A stretch of 64,000 nucleotides of DNA from the NCBI GenBank assembly GCA_036556025.1, contig DATBKD010000005.1, positions 13,845-77,844 on the forward strand, given 5' to 3'. A program made the translations under genes and the position numbers. Shown here piece by piece: positions 38,234-45,478 of this stretch (position 1 is the first letter of the stretch; each line of letters begins with the position of its first letter). Below the pieces are notes generated by a model, which made no database searches, was not told where the DNA came from, and saw only the letters and a list, made by a program, of their open reading frames with translations. This stretch comes from Gemmatimonadales bacterium. GTDB lineage: Bacteria > Gemmatimonadota > Gemmatimonadetes > Gemmatimonadales > GWC2-71-9.

Positions 38234-39610
38234 GTGGCGGCAGTCGAGCGCTCCAGCCGAATGCCGGTGTCCGCTGATGCCGCCTTCGCGTGGCACCAGC
38301 GCCCGGGCGCATTCGAGCGGCTCTTGCCGCCCTGGGAACGAGTCCAGGTCGTCGAACGGCGAGGTGGGCTGGAGGACGGCGGGGAGGTCGTGCTTCGGGT
38401 CCACTTCGGGCCAGTCACCTTTCGTTGGCTGGCCCGCCACCGGGACTACGTACAGGACCGCCAGTTCGCCGATGAGCAGGTGGAGGGGCCCTTCTCCCAC
38501 TGGTTGCATCGGCACGTCTTCGAGCCCGAGGGGGCGAACGCCAGCCGCCTGACCGATCGTATCGAATTCTCCCTGCCCCTCGGTCCGGCGGGCGCCGCCT
38601 TGAGCGACTGGGCTATCCGCTCCCGACTCGAGCGGATGCTGCAGTACCGGCATCGCCTGCTGCAGGATGACCTCAAGGCCCACCAGAGAGCTCCTCAGCA
38701 GAGCCTAAACGTGCTCGTGACCGGCTCGAGCGGGCTAGTGGGCAGCTCCCTGATCCCCTTCCTCACCACCGGGGGACATCGGGTCACCCGGCTGGTGCGT
38801 CGCACGCCGCGCAGCGGAGAAATTCAGTGGGATCCTTCGGCAGGCCGACTGGATCCCGCTGAGCTCGAAGGGATCGATGCCGTCGTGCACCTCGCGGGCG
38901 AGAACCTCGCCGCCCGCTGGTCGCCGGCGCGCAAACGGGCCATCCGCGATAGCCGAGTTTCGGCCACGCGCCTGCTGGCGCACGCGGTCGCCCAGTTGCA
39001 GCGTCGCCCTCGAGTCCTGGTCTCGACGTCCGCGGTCGGGGTTTATGGCAACCGCGGGGACCAGGTTCTCACCGAGACCGACGCAGACTCGGCCACACCG
39101 CCCGATTTCCTGGTCGACGTGGTCCGGGAGTGGGAGGCGGCGACCGAACCGGCTCGAGCGGCAGGCATACGGGTGGTGCTGCTTCGATCGGGATTAGTAC
39201 TCTCCCCGGCCGGCGGTGTGCTCGGGAGGATGTTGCCCGCCTTCCGGATGGGGGCTGGCGGTCGCCTCGGTTCTGGCCGGCAGTGGATGAGTTGGATCGC
39301 CATCGACGACACCATCGGCGCCATTCATCACGCCTTGACGACCGATAGCCTCTCGGGCCCGGTGAATGCGACCGCACCCAATCCGGTCACCAATCGGGAG
39401 TTTGCAGCCACTCTGGGGCGGGTGCTGGGACGCCCGGCGGTCTTGCCCGCGCCGGCCACTGCCCTGCGGCTGGCCTTTGGAGAAATGGCGGACGTTGCCC
39501 TGCTGGCAGGTGCTCGAGTCGTCCCGGCTCGGCTGACCCAAAGTGGCTACCAATTCCGACATCCGCACCTCGAAGACGCGCTGAGGTTTGTGCTTGGACG
39601 TGAGAAGTAA
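38234..39610 (+). CDS. SRPBCC-domain / NAD-dependent epimerase (TIGR01777, DUF1731-type) fusion protein
   Basis: 458-aa ORF with a GTG start. The N-terminus AFAWHQRPGAFERLLPPW is START/SRPBCC-like, followed by VLVTGSSGLVGSSL (Rossmann motif) and a DUF1731-like C-terminus. Its stop codon lies inside E3. Confidence 0.8.
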   Translation: MAAVERSSRMPVSADAAFAWHQRPGAFERLLPPWERVQVVERRGGLEDGGEVVLRVHFGPVTFRWLARHRDYVQDRQFADEQVEGPFSHWLHRHVFEPEGANASRLTDRIEFSLPLGPAGAALSDWAIRSRLERMLQYRHRLLQDDLKAHQRAPQQSLNVLVTGSSGLVGSSLIPFLTTGGHRVTRLVRRTPRSGEIQWDPSAGRLDPAELEGIDAVVHLAGENLAARWSPARKRAIRDSRVSATRLLAHAVAQLQRRPRVLVSTSAVGVYGNRGDQVLTETDADSATPPDFLVDVVREWEAATEPARAAGIRVVLLRSGLVLSPAGGVLGRMLPAFRMGAGGRLGSGRQWMSWIAIDDTIGAIHHALTTDSLSGPVNATAPNPVTNREFAATLGRVLGRPAVLPAPATALRLAFGEMADVALLAGARVVPARLTQSGYQFRHPHLEDALRFVLGREK

Positions 39611-39723
39611 GGAGTGAGAAGTGAGAGGTAAGAAGGCCACCGCCCTCCAGGTACGCTTGGCGCAGCGGGGGCCCTTCTCACCTCTTACTGCTCACATCTC
39701 ACTTCTCACTTCTTACTTCCTTC
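39600..39723. repeat. E3: tandem-heptamer palindromic hairpin element upstream of queC
   Basis: The left array is GTGAGAA GTAAGGA GTGAGAA GTGAGAG GTAAGAA (39600-39634). The centre contains CCCTCC and the mini-hairpin CCAGG-tacg-CTTGG (39647-39660). The right array is TTCTCAC CTCTTAC TGCTCAC ATCTCAC TTCTCAC TTCTTAC TTCCTTC (39675-39723). The upstream stop TAA (39608-39610) lies in unit 2. The queC ATG is 21 nt after the right array. Confidence 0.9.
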
Positions 39724-39744
39724 CCACTGGCCTACTTTTCCCCG

Positions 39745-40446
39745 ATGCTCACGCCGACCGCCGTCGTCCTCCTGAGCGGGGGGATGGACTCTACTACTAC
39801 GGCCGCGATCGCCCAGGACCGCGGTTTCGATGTCTGCGCCCTGAGCTTCCGCTACGGCCAGAGGCACTCGATCGAGCTCGAGGCGGCCCGCCGGGTGGCC
39901 CAACGTCTCAGGATTCGGCGCCATGTGGTGCTGGATATCGACTTGCGCGCCCTCGGCGGCTCCGCCCTCACCGGCGACCTGGCGATACCCAAGGACACGC
40001 CTCCCAGCCAGATCGGCGAACGCATTCCGCCGACCTACGTGCCGGCCCGGAATACCGTCTTCCTCTCCTTCGCCCTTGGTCTGGCCGAGGTCACCGGCTC
40101 GCGAGACATCTTTATCGGGGCCAACGCGATGGATTACAGCGGCTATCCCGACTGCCGGCCGGAGTACCTCCAGGCTTTCGAGCAAATGGCCAATCTTGCC
40201 ACCAGGGCCGGAGTCGAAGGCCACCGGATCACGATCCACGCTCCTCTGATCGCCCTCAGCAAGCGAGAGATCGTGCGGCAGGGGATTTCGCTCGGCATCG
40301 ACTTCGCCCTCACCTGGACCTGTTATGATCCCGGGCCGGACGGTCTGGCCTGTGGCCATTGCGAGGCCTGCCAGCTTCGGCTCAAGGGCTTCCGCGAGGC
40401 AGGGATGGAGGATCCACTGAAGTATCAGGACGTCGAGGTAGTCTGA
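39745..40446 (+). CDS. queC: 7-cyano-7-deazaguanine synthase
   Basis: 233-aa ORF with the [14 protein letters not shown]-loop and the C-terminal Zn cluster [10 protein letters not shown]. Confidence 0.95.
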   Translation: MLTPTAVVLLSGGMDSTTTAAIAQDRGFDVCALSFRYGQRHSIELEAARRVAQRLRIRRHVVLDIDLRALGGSALTGDLAIPKDTPPSQIGERIPPTYVPARNTVFLSFALGLAEVTGSRDIFIGANAMDYSGYPDCRPEYLQAFEQMANLATRAGVEGHRITIHAPLIALSKREIVRQGISLGIDFALTWTCYDPGPDGLACGHCEACQLRLKGFREAGMEDPLKYQDVEVV

Positions 40447-40529
40447 GAACTGCGTGAACCGCAAACTGTGAAACGTGAAGGCTGGTCATTCTCGTTTCGC
40501 CACTCACGTTTCACCTTTCACGCTTCACG
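40443..40529. repeat. E4: heptamer palindromic element filling the queC-queE gap
   Basis: The left array has loose units CTGAGAA CTGCGTGAA CCGCAAA CTGTGAA ACGTGAA (40443-40479). The right array is CTCACG TTTCACC TTTCACG CTTCACG (40503-40529). The queC stop TGA (40444-40446) lies in unit 1. The queE ATG is 4 nt after the right array. Confidence 0.8.
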
Positions 40530-40533
40530 GTCT

Positions 40534-41172
40534 ATGGCCTACGCCGTCAAGGAGATCTACTACACCCTGCAGGGTGAAGGGGCCAACGCCGGCCGGGCTG
40601 CGGTGTTCTGCCGTTTTGCGGGGTGCAACCTGTGGAGTGGACGGGAGCAGGACCGCGCCGAAGCCGTCTGCCGTTTCTGCGATACCGATTTCGTGGGCAT
40701 CGACGGGCCGGGGGGTGGCAAGTTCGCCACTGCCTCGGAGCTGGCGGGTGCCGTGGCCTCGGTCTGGCCGGCCGATTACCAGACCGACCGTCGGTTTGTC
40801 GTCTGTACCGGGGGGGAGCCGTTGCTGCAGCTCGATCGGCCCCTGCTCGAGGCGCTGCACGCGGAGGGATTCGAGGTGGCGGTCGAGACCAACGGGACAG
40901 TTCCACCACCAGCGGGAATCGATTGGCTCTGCGTGAGCCCCAAGGCCGAGGCGGCGCTCGTCGTGGCGGAGGGCGACGAGCTCAAGCTGGTGTACCCTCA
41001 GGAGGGGGCCGAGCCGGAGCGATTCGAGCGACTTCGTTTTCGCCACTTCTTCCTGCAACCCATGGACGGTCCGTCGCGGGAATCCAATACCGAGGAGGCG
41101 CTGCGCTACTGCTTGAGCCACCCGCTATGGCGGCTCAGTTTGCAGACCCATAAGCTTCTCGGAATCCCGTGA
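40534..41172 (+). CDS. queE: 7-carboxy-7-deazaguanine synthase (radical SAM)
   Basis: The start is trimmed to ATG 40534 (MAYAVKEIYYTLQGEGANAGRAAVFCRFAGCNLW...CRFCDT). The upstream part of track ORF 40468..41172 is a translation of the E4 arm. Confidence 0.93.
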   Translation: MAYAVKEIYYTLQGEGANAGRAAVFCRFAGCNLWSGREQDRAEAVCRFCDTDFVGIDGPGGGKFATASELAGAVASVWPADYQTDRRFVVCTGGEPLLQLDRPLLEALHAEGFEVAVETNGTVPPPAGIDWLCVSPKAEAALVVAEGDELKLVYPQEGAEPERFERLRFRHFFLQPMDGPSRESNTEEALRYCLSHPLWRLSLQTHKLLGIP

Positions 41173-41792
41173 CGATGCACGGATACTCCGACCGCATTAA
41201 CCACGCGTTCGCCTTCGCCGCCAAGTACTATGGCGCGGTCGCCCCGGCCGGATCGGGCATGGACTACCTGGCGCATCCCGCCAACGTGGCTATCATCCTC
41301 GCCCGCTACGATTGCGAGCAGGTCACGGTCGTGGCCGGGATCCTGCACCACGTCCTGGAGGAGACCGCGGCGCACAAGCGATCGGTTCTGGAGCACAAGA
41401 TCGCAGAGAAGTTCGGTTCGGTCACTCTGGCGATCGCGCGGGATGCCATCGAGCCCAAATATGACCACCGCGGGATTGAGCGGCCCTGGCAGGGCTGCAA
41501 AGCGGAATACCTGACCCAACTGGCGACAGCCGAGCCGCGGGCGCTGGACATCTGTGTCGCCGACGAAATTCACGGATGCGGCTCAACCATGACTGCGATC
41601 CGGCGGTTGGGCGTCGAGTACGTACGCACCGTCTCGCGGGCGACGTCCGAACAGACCATCTGGTGGTATCGGTCTCTGCTGGAAGTGCTGGACGCGCGGC
41701 CCGACTGGCCCCGGCGGGAAATGCTCTCGGAGCTCAGAATCATGAGTGCGGATCTGGTGCGGAGTCTGCGCCATACGGAGGAGGAAGTCTGA
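41169..41792 (+). CDS. HD-superfamily protein related to the RelA/SpoT hydrolase domain, with altered catalytic residues
   Basis: 207-aa ORF. Its GTG start overlaps the queE TGA (GTGA). AHPANVAIIL...VVAGILHHVLEET aligns by eye to the SpoT-type HP..VA.IL...AALLHDV.EDT, but reads HH and EE instead of HD and ED. Confidence 0.65.
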   Translation: MTMHGYSDRINHAFAFAAKYYGAVAPAGSGMDYLAHPANVAIILARYDCEQVTVVAGILHHVLEETAAHKRSVLEHKIAEKFGSVTLAIARDAIEPKYDHRGIERPWQGCKAEYLTQLATAEPRALDICVADEIHGCGSTMTAIRRLGVEYVRTVSRATSEQTIWWYRSLLEVLDARPDWPRREMLSELRIMSADLVRSLRHTEEEV

Positions 41793-41803
41793 AGCAAGTT
41801 CTC

Positions 41804-43300
41804 TTGACGGCGATCGTCCTCGCCGGGTTCGCGTGCAGTGGTCCGCGCCCGCCTGAGCCACTCAATCCGGTCCGATTCCTCCTCATCAACGATGTCTACG
41901 TGGCCGACACCATGGCCGACGGCCGTGGAGGACTGGCGCGGGTCGCGACGGTGCGCACTCGCCTCGCCGACCAGGGGCCGATTCTGTTCGTTCTCGCCGG
42001 CGACGTGCTGAGCCCGAGTCTGCTAAGCAAGTACTACAGCGGGCGCCAGATGGTCGAGGCGATGAATGCAGCCAAGCTCGACTATGCCACATTCGGCAAC
42101 CACGAGTTCGAGCTGGACCACGACACCCTGGTGGCCCGAATCGCCGCCTCGAATTTCAAGTGGATCTCGAGCAACTGCACCGAGACCAATGGCACGCCTT
42201 TCCCCAAGGTCATCCCCTGGGACACCCTCCGGGTCTCCGGGCACAAAGTGGGACTGTTCGGCCTAACCCTGATTGGTAACTATCGCCGCTATGTCCGATG
42301 CGCCAACCCGGACAGCGCAGCCCATATCGCGATCGACACCCTGAGCGCACTCGGCGCCGATCTCATTGTGGGAATCACCCACCAGACGATCGCCGCGGAC
42401 CGTGACCTGCTGTCCCGGGAGCCCAAGCTCGACCTCATCCTCGGCGGCCACGAGCACGAGGCCCACGATTCCGTGATCTCCGGGAGACACATCCTCAAGG
42501 CCGACGCCAACGCCCGTACGGCCCAATTCGTAACCTTGTGGGGTGGCAAGGGTCAGTGGCGTCAGGCGGTGGGCCTGGTCCCGATCGACTCCCGCCTGCC
42601 TTCGGACACCGCGGTAAGCCGCCTCGTGGAGGATTGGGAAGACAGTTTGCGGCAGCGCCTGGGACCGGAGCGGGCTGTGGCCACCACCACCGCGCCGATC
42701 GACGCGCGGGACGAGGTCTCGCGCAAGCGGGAGTCGGCCCTCGGCGACCTGGTTGCGGACGCCATCCGGGCTGAGACCGGAGCCGATGTGGCCTTGATCA
42801 ATGCCGGATCAATGCGCCTAGACGACGTGATCCGCCCCGGGTCCCTAACTAACTACCAGCTTGAATCCATCTTCCTATTTGCCGACGAGACGAGGGTCGT
42901 GACCTTTCCCATGGCCGGGGCCAGGCTTCGAGAGCTCCTGGAGCATGGCGTTTCCGATTCGGCGTTGGGCAAGGGGGCCTTTCTTCAGGTCTCCGGGGTC
43001 ACCTTCACCTATGATCAGGCACGGCCCTCCGGAAAGCGCCTGGTCGGCGAGATCCGGCGGGCAGGAGGAGGCCCGATCTCGGCCAACGATACCGTCCGGG
43101 TGGCATTCGACGCCTATCCTGCCTGCCAGGGCGGCGATGGCTACCAAGTCCCGGAGGCGGCCACCAGCTGCCCGGCCGGTGATGCCGCCCCCCGGGCGGT
43201 GGACCTTCTTATGCGCTATCTGGCGGACTCGCTCGGGGGGCAAGTCAAGCCACCGAGCGAAGGGAGAATCCTGCGGTCTGGAAACACAAATCCCGGCTGA
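41804..43300 (+). CDS. bifunctional metallophosphatase / 5'-nucleotidase, secreted
   Basis: It has a calcineurin-like N-domain (NDVYVAD, GDVLSPS, GNHEFE, GGHEHE) and a 5'-nucleotidase C-domain. The start is uncertain: TTG 41804, or CTG 41789 that overlaps the upstream TGA and follows GGAGGAGGA. The track start 41576 would overlap the HD gene by 217 nt. Confidence 0.85.
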   Translation: MTAIVLAGFACSGPRPPEPLNPVRFLLINDVYVADTMADGRGGLARVATVRTRLADQGPILFVLAGDVLSPSLLSKYYSGRQMVEAMNAAKLDYATFGNHEFELDHDTLVARIAASNFKWISSNCTETNGTPFPKVIPWDTLRVSGHKVGLFGLTLIGNYRRYVRCANPDSAAHIAIDTLSALGADLIVGITHQTIAADRDLLSREPKLDLILGGHEHEAHDSVISGRHILKADANARTAQFVTLWGGKGQWRQAVGLVPIDSRLPSDTAVSRLVEDWEDSLRQRLGPERAVATTTAPIDARDEVSRKRESALGDLVADAIRAETGADVALINAGSMRLDDVIRPGSLTNYQLESIFLFADETRVVTFPMAGARLRELLEHGVSDSALGKGAFLQVSGVTFTYDQARPSGKRLVGEIRRAGGGPISANDTVRVAFDAYPACQGGDGYQVPEAATSCPAGDAAPRAVDLLMRYLADSLGGQVKPPSEGRILRSGNTNPG

Positions 43301-43591
43301 GCAGGGCTCGCCGGGACCGGCAGCTTTAGCAGTTTTGATCACCCAGGCTGCAAAGCCGAACTCCCTGGGGCCCCGAAGGGCTATGTCCATTCTATGCCGC
43401 AAGAAAGGTAGCCATGCGGGTCCGGCGAATCAACCCTCCGGTCCCTTGGGGCGGCTCGGCTTTCTCTTCGCCTTCAAAGTCTCGACCCCTGCCGCGGACA
43501 CACTTTCGTACCTGCGCGCGGGTCTTGCCGCGCGGACCTTTAGCCGGTCTCTCCGGCTCCCTTCAACCGCTGGGTACTGGTATTATATGCC

Positions 43592-44926
43592 ATGGGTTTA
43601 ACACCTGCGACTCCGCTCGTCACCCTGCCCAGCGCCTTTGCCGCCGCCTGTCGGCTGTCGCGGACAGAGGGCGAGCTGTTCGAGCGATGTCGAGCAGCCC
43701 TGAGCCGCAGGTTCCACAGTGAGCGAATCTGGTTCAGCCTGGTCTCTCCCACCGCCAACCTCCAAAAGATCGGCCCCGAGCAGGGGTTGGATAGCGCAGC
43801 CGAGGTAGCCCGCCTGGGCAGCGGGGAGACCGAGGTCATCATTCACGCCGATCCCTCGGTCGCCGGCGAGATGCGCGCCGTGGCCATGCCTTTGGCACTG
43901 GGGCTCAGCGTGGTGCTCGAGCTGCGAAGCATCCTCCTGGAGCGCCAGGCCGCGCTGGACGATGCGGTGTTCCAGCTCCGAGCGCTGCGCCAGGTTGCCC
44001 GGCTCCTCTCCTCGGTCCATTCGGTGGAGGAGACGGAGCAGCTCATCCTGGACTTCATGGCGGAGGTGTTCTTCGCCTGGTGGGCCTGTCTCTATCGGCC
44101 GGAAGCTGAGGCGTACACTCCCAAGGTCTTCCGCTCGCTCAACGACCGGCTGCGGCCGGCGTCCATCAACAAGACCGCACTGGACCAGGTGCTTCCGGCC
44201 GGCAGCGCTTCGGCCGGCGCGGACGACGCCGGTGTGGCCAGCCTGGTGGGGCCGGGCGCCGAATTGGTGGTCCCTCTCGATGCCGGGGCGGAGAGGATGG
44301 CGGTGCTGGTCCTGGGGTCCAGGATCAGTGACAAGCTGTATGGCCGGGCCGAGCTGGAGCTTGCCGGCACGCTGTCCTTCGCGGCTGCCATCGCGCTCAA
44401 GAACTCCGAGCTGGTGGAGCAGCTGCACAGTGCCGCCACGACGGACGAGCTCACCGGCCTGTACAACCGGCGAGCTCTCGAGGAGCGCCTTGCCGCCGAG
44501 ATCTCCCGCAGCCTGCGGCACCAGCTACACACCAGCGTCCTCCTGCTCGACCTCGATAGGTTCAAGAGCGTCAACGACACCCTGGGGCACGCTGCCGGCG
44601 ATCGCCTGCTGATCCAGGTCGCTCGGGTGCTGCGGCAGCAGTGTCGGGCGCTGGATGTCGTCGGCCGACTCGGCGGTGATGAGTTCCTCGTCATCTTGCC
44701 GATGACCAAGCCGGCCGAAGCGCAAGTGTTCGTGGCTCGCGTCCAGGCCAACCTGCGCGATATGGAGAAGGACAATCCGGAGTTCGGCCCGTGCACTCTG
44801 AGCATGGGAATCGCCGAATCTCCCCGCCATGGTACGACGGTGAGCAGCATCCTGGCCGCGGCCGATACCGCCCTCTACAAGGCCAAACGCGGAGGCCGGA
44901 ACACCGTCGAAATCGCGGACAGCTAG
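43592..44926 (+). CDS. diguanylate cyclase (GGDEF) with GAF-like N-terminal region
   Basis: 444-aa ORF with TGLYNRRALEE, DLDRFKSVNDTLGHAAGD and RLGGDEFLVILP. Confidence 0.9.
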   Translation: MGLTPATPLVTLPSAFAAACRLSRTEGELFERCRAALSRRFHSERIWFSLVSPTANLQKIGPEQGLDSAAEVARLGSGETEVIIHADPSVAGEMRAVAMPLALGLSVVLELRSILLERQAALDDAVFQLRALRQVARLLSSVHSVEETEQLILDFMAEVFFAWWACLYRPEAEAYTPKVFRSLNDRLRPASINKTALDQVLPAGSASAGADDAGVASLVGPGAELVVPLDAGAERMAVLVLGSRISDKLYGRAELELAGTLSFAAAIALKNSELVEQLHSAATTDELTGLYNRRALEERLAAEISRSLRHQLHTSVLLLDLDRFKSVNDTLGHAAGDRLLIQVARVLRQQCRALDVVGRLGGDEFLVILPMTKPAEAQVFVARVQANLRDMEKDNPEFGPCTLSMGIAESPRHGTTVSSILAAADTALYKAKRGGRNTVEIADS

Positions 44927-44932
44927 CCCTTC

Positions 44933-45478
44933 ATGGCACCTCCGGAGTTCACCTTTCTTGGTGACGCCGTGTGGCTCGACTTCGTCAACAGCGCGCGCGG
45001 TCGAGAGCCGGATCCGCCCGATCTGCTGCCTGATGCCCCGGCATTCGAGCGCTGGGCCGGTGCCCTCCATCTCGAGAACGACGGCAAGGAGAGGTCGTTC
45101 AGCGCGGTGCGCCGGTTTCGCGATCAGCTCACCGAGCTGGCCGAAGCCCTCCATCACGGACTGCAGCTTCCCGCCGCCTCCATCGAAGCCGTCAACGACG
45201 TTCTGAGCCGAACCCCCGGGAATCACCAGCTCACCCGCATCAACGGAGAGTGGCGGCTTCGGTTTGCGCCCGCCCGCATGCTCACCGCCATCGAGACCAT
45301 CGCGCGGTCGGCTGCCGCCACCTTGGCCGACCCGCAAGTCATCGTGCGGCGCTGCGCCGGACAGAACTGCAGTCTGTTTTTCACCGACGCCTCACCCAAC
45401 CAGTCCCGGCTCTGGTGCAGCCCGGCCTTTTGTGGCTGGCACGCCCGGATCGAGCGCCGGCGGGGACTGCTGCGCTGA
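44933..45478 (+). CDS. ABATE / CGNR-type zinc-finger domain protein
   Basis: 181-aa ORF. The C-terminal Cys cluster RCAGQNCSLFFTDAS...RLWCSPAFCGWHARIERRR resembles zf-CGNR, with CGWH in place of CGNR. Confidence 0.6.
   Translation: MAPPEFTFLGDAVWLDFVNSARGREPDPPDLLPDAPAFERWAGALHLENDGKERSFSAVRRFRDQLTELAEALHHGLQLPAASIEAVNDVLSRTPGNHQLTRINGEWRLRFAPARMLTAIETIARSAAATLADPQVIVRRCAGQNCSLFFTDASPNQSRLWCSPAFCGWHARIERRRGLLR

Noticed and set aside
39611-39744. preQ1 riboswitch upstream of queC (and at 21788-21851 upstream of queF)
   Set aside because: Neither region contains the short preQ1-I/II type stem-loop followed by an A-rich tail that I remember. The queC upstream region is fully accounted for by repeat element E3. 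An Rfam scan would be the decisive check.
41576-41803. Track start positions that create long same-strand overlaps: 41576 for the 5'-nucleotidase, 45250 for the kinase, 21660 for queF, 25114 for acs, 23937 for the M28 peptidase, 53646 for the MFS gene, 56377 for the ABC ATPase and 57234 for the binding protein
   Set aside because: The track reports the longest ORF. The extensions overlap well-supported upstream genes by 140-600 nt, lack homology-like sequence and precede obvious native N-termini (signal peptides or conserved first motifs). I trimmed these starts accordingly.
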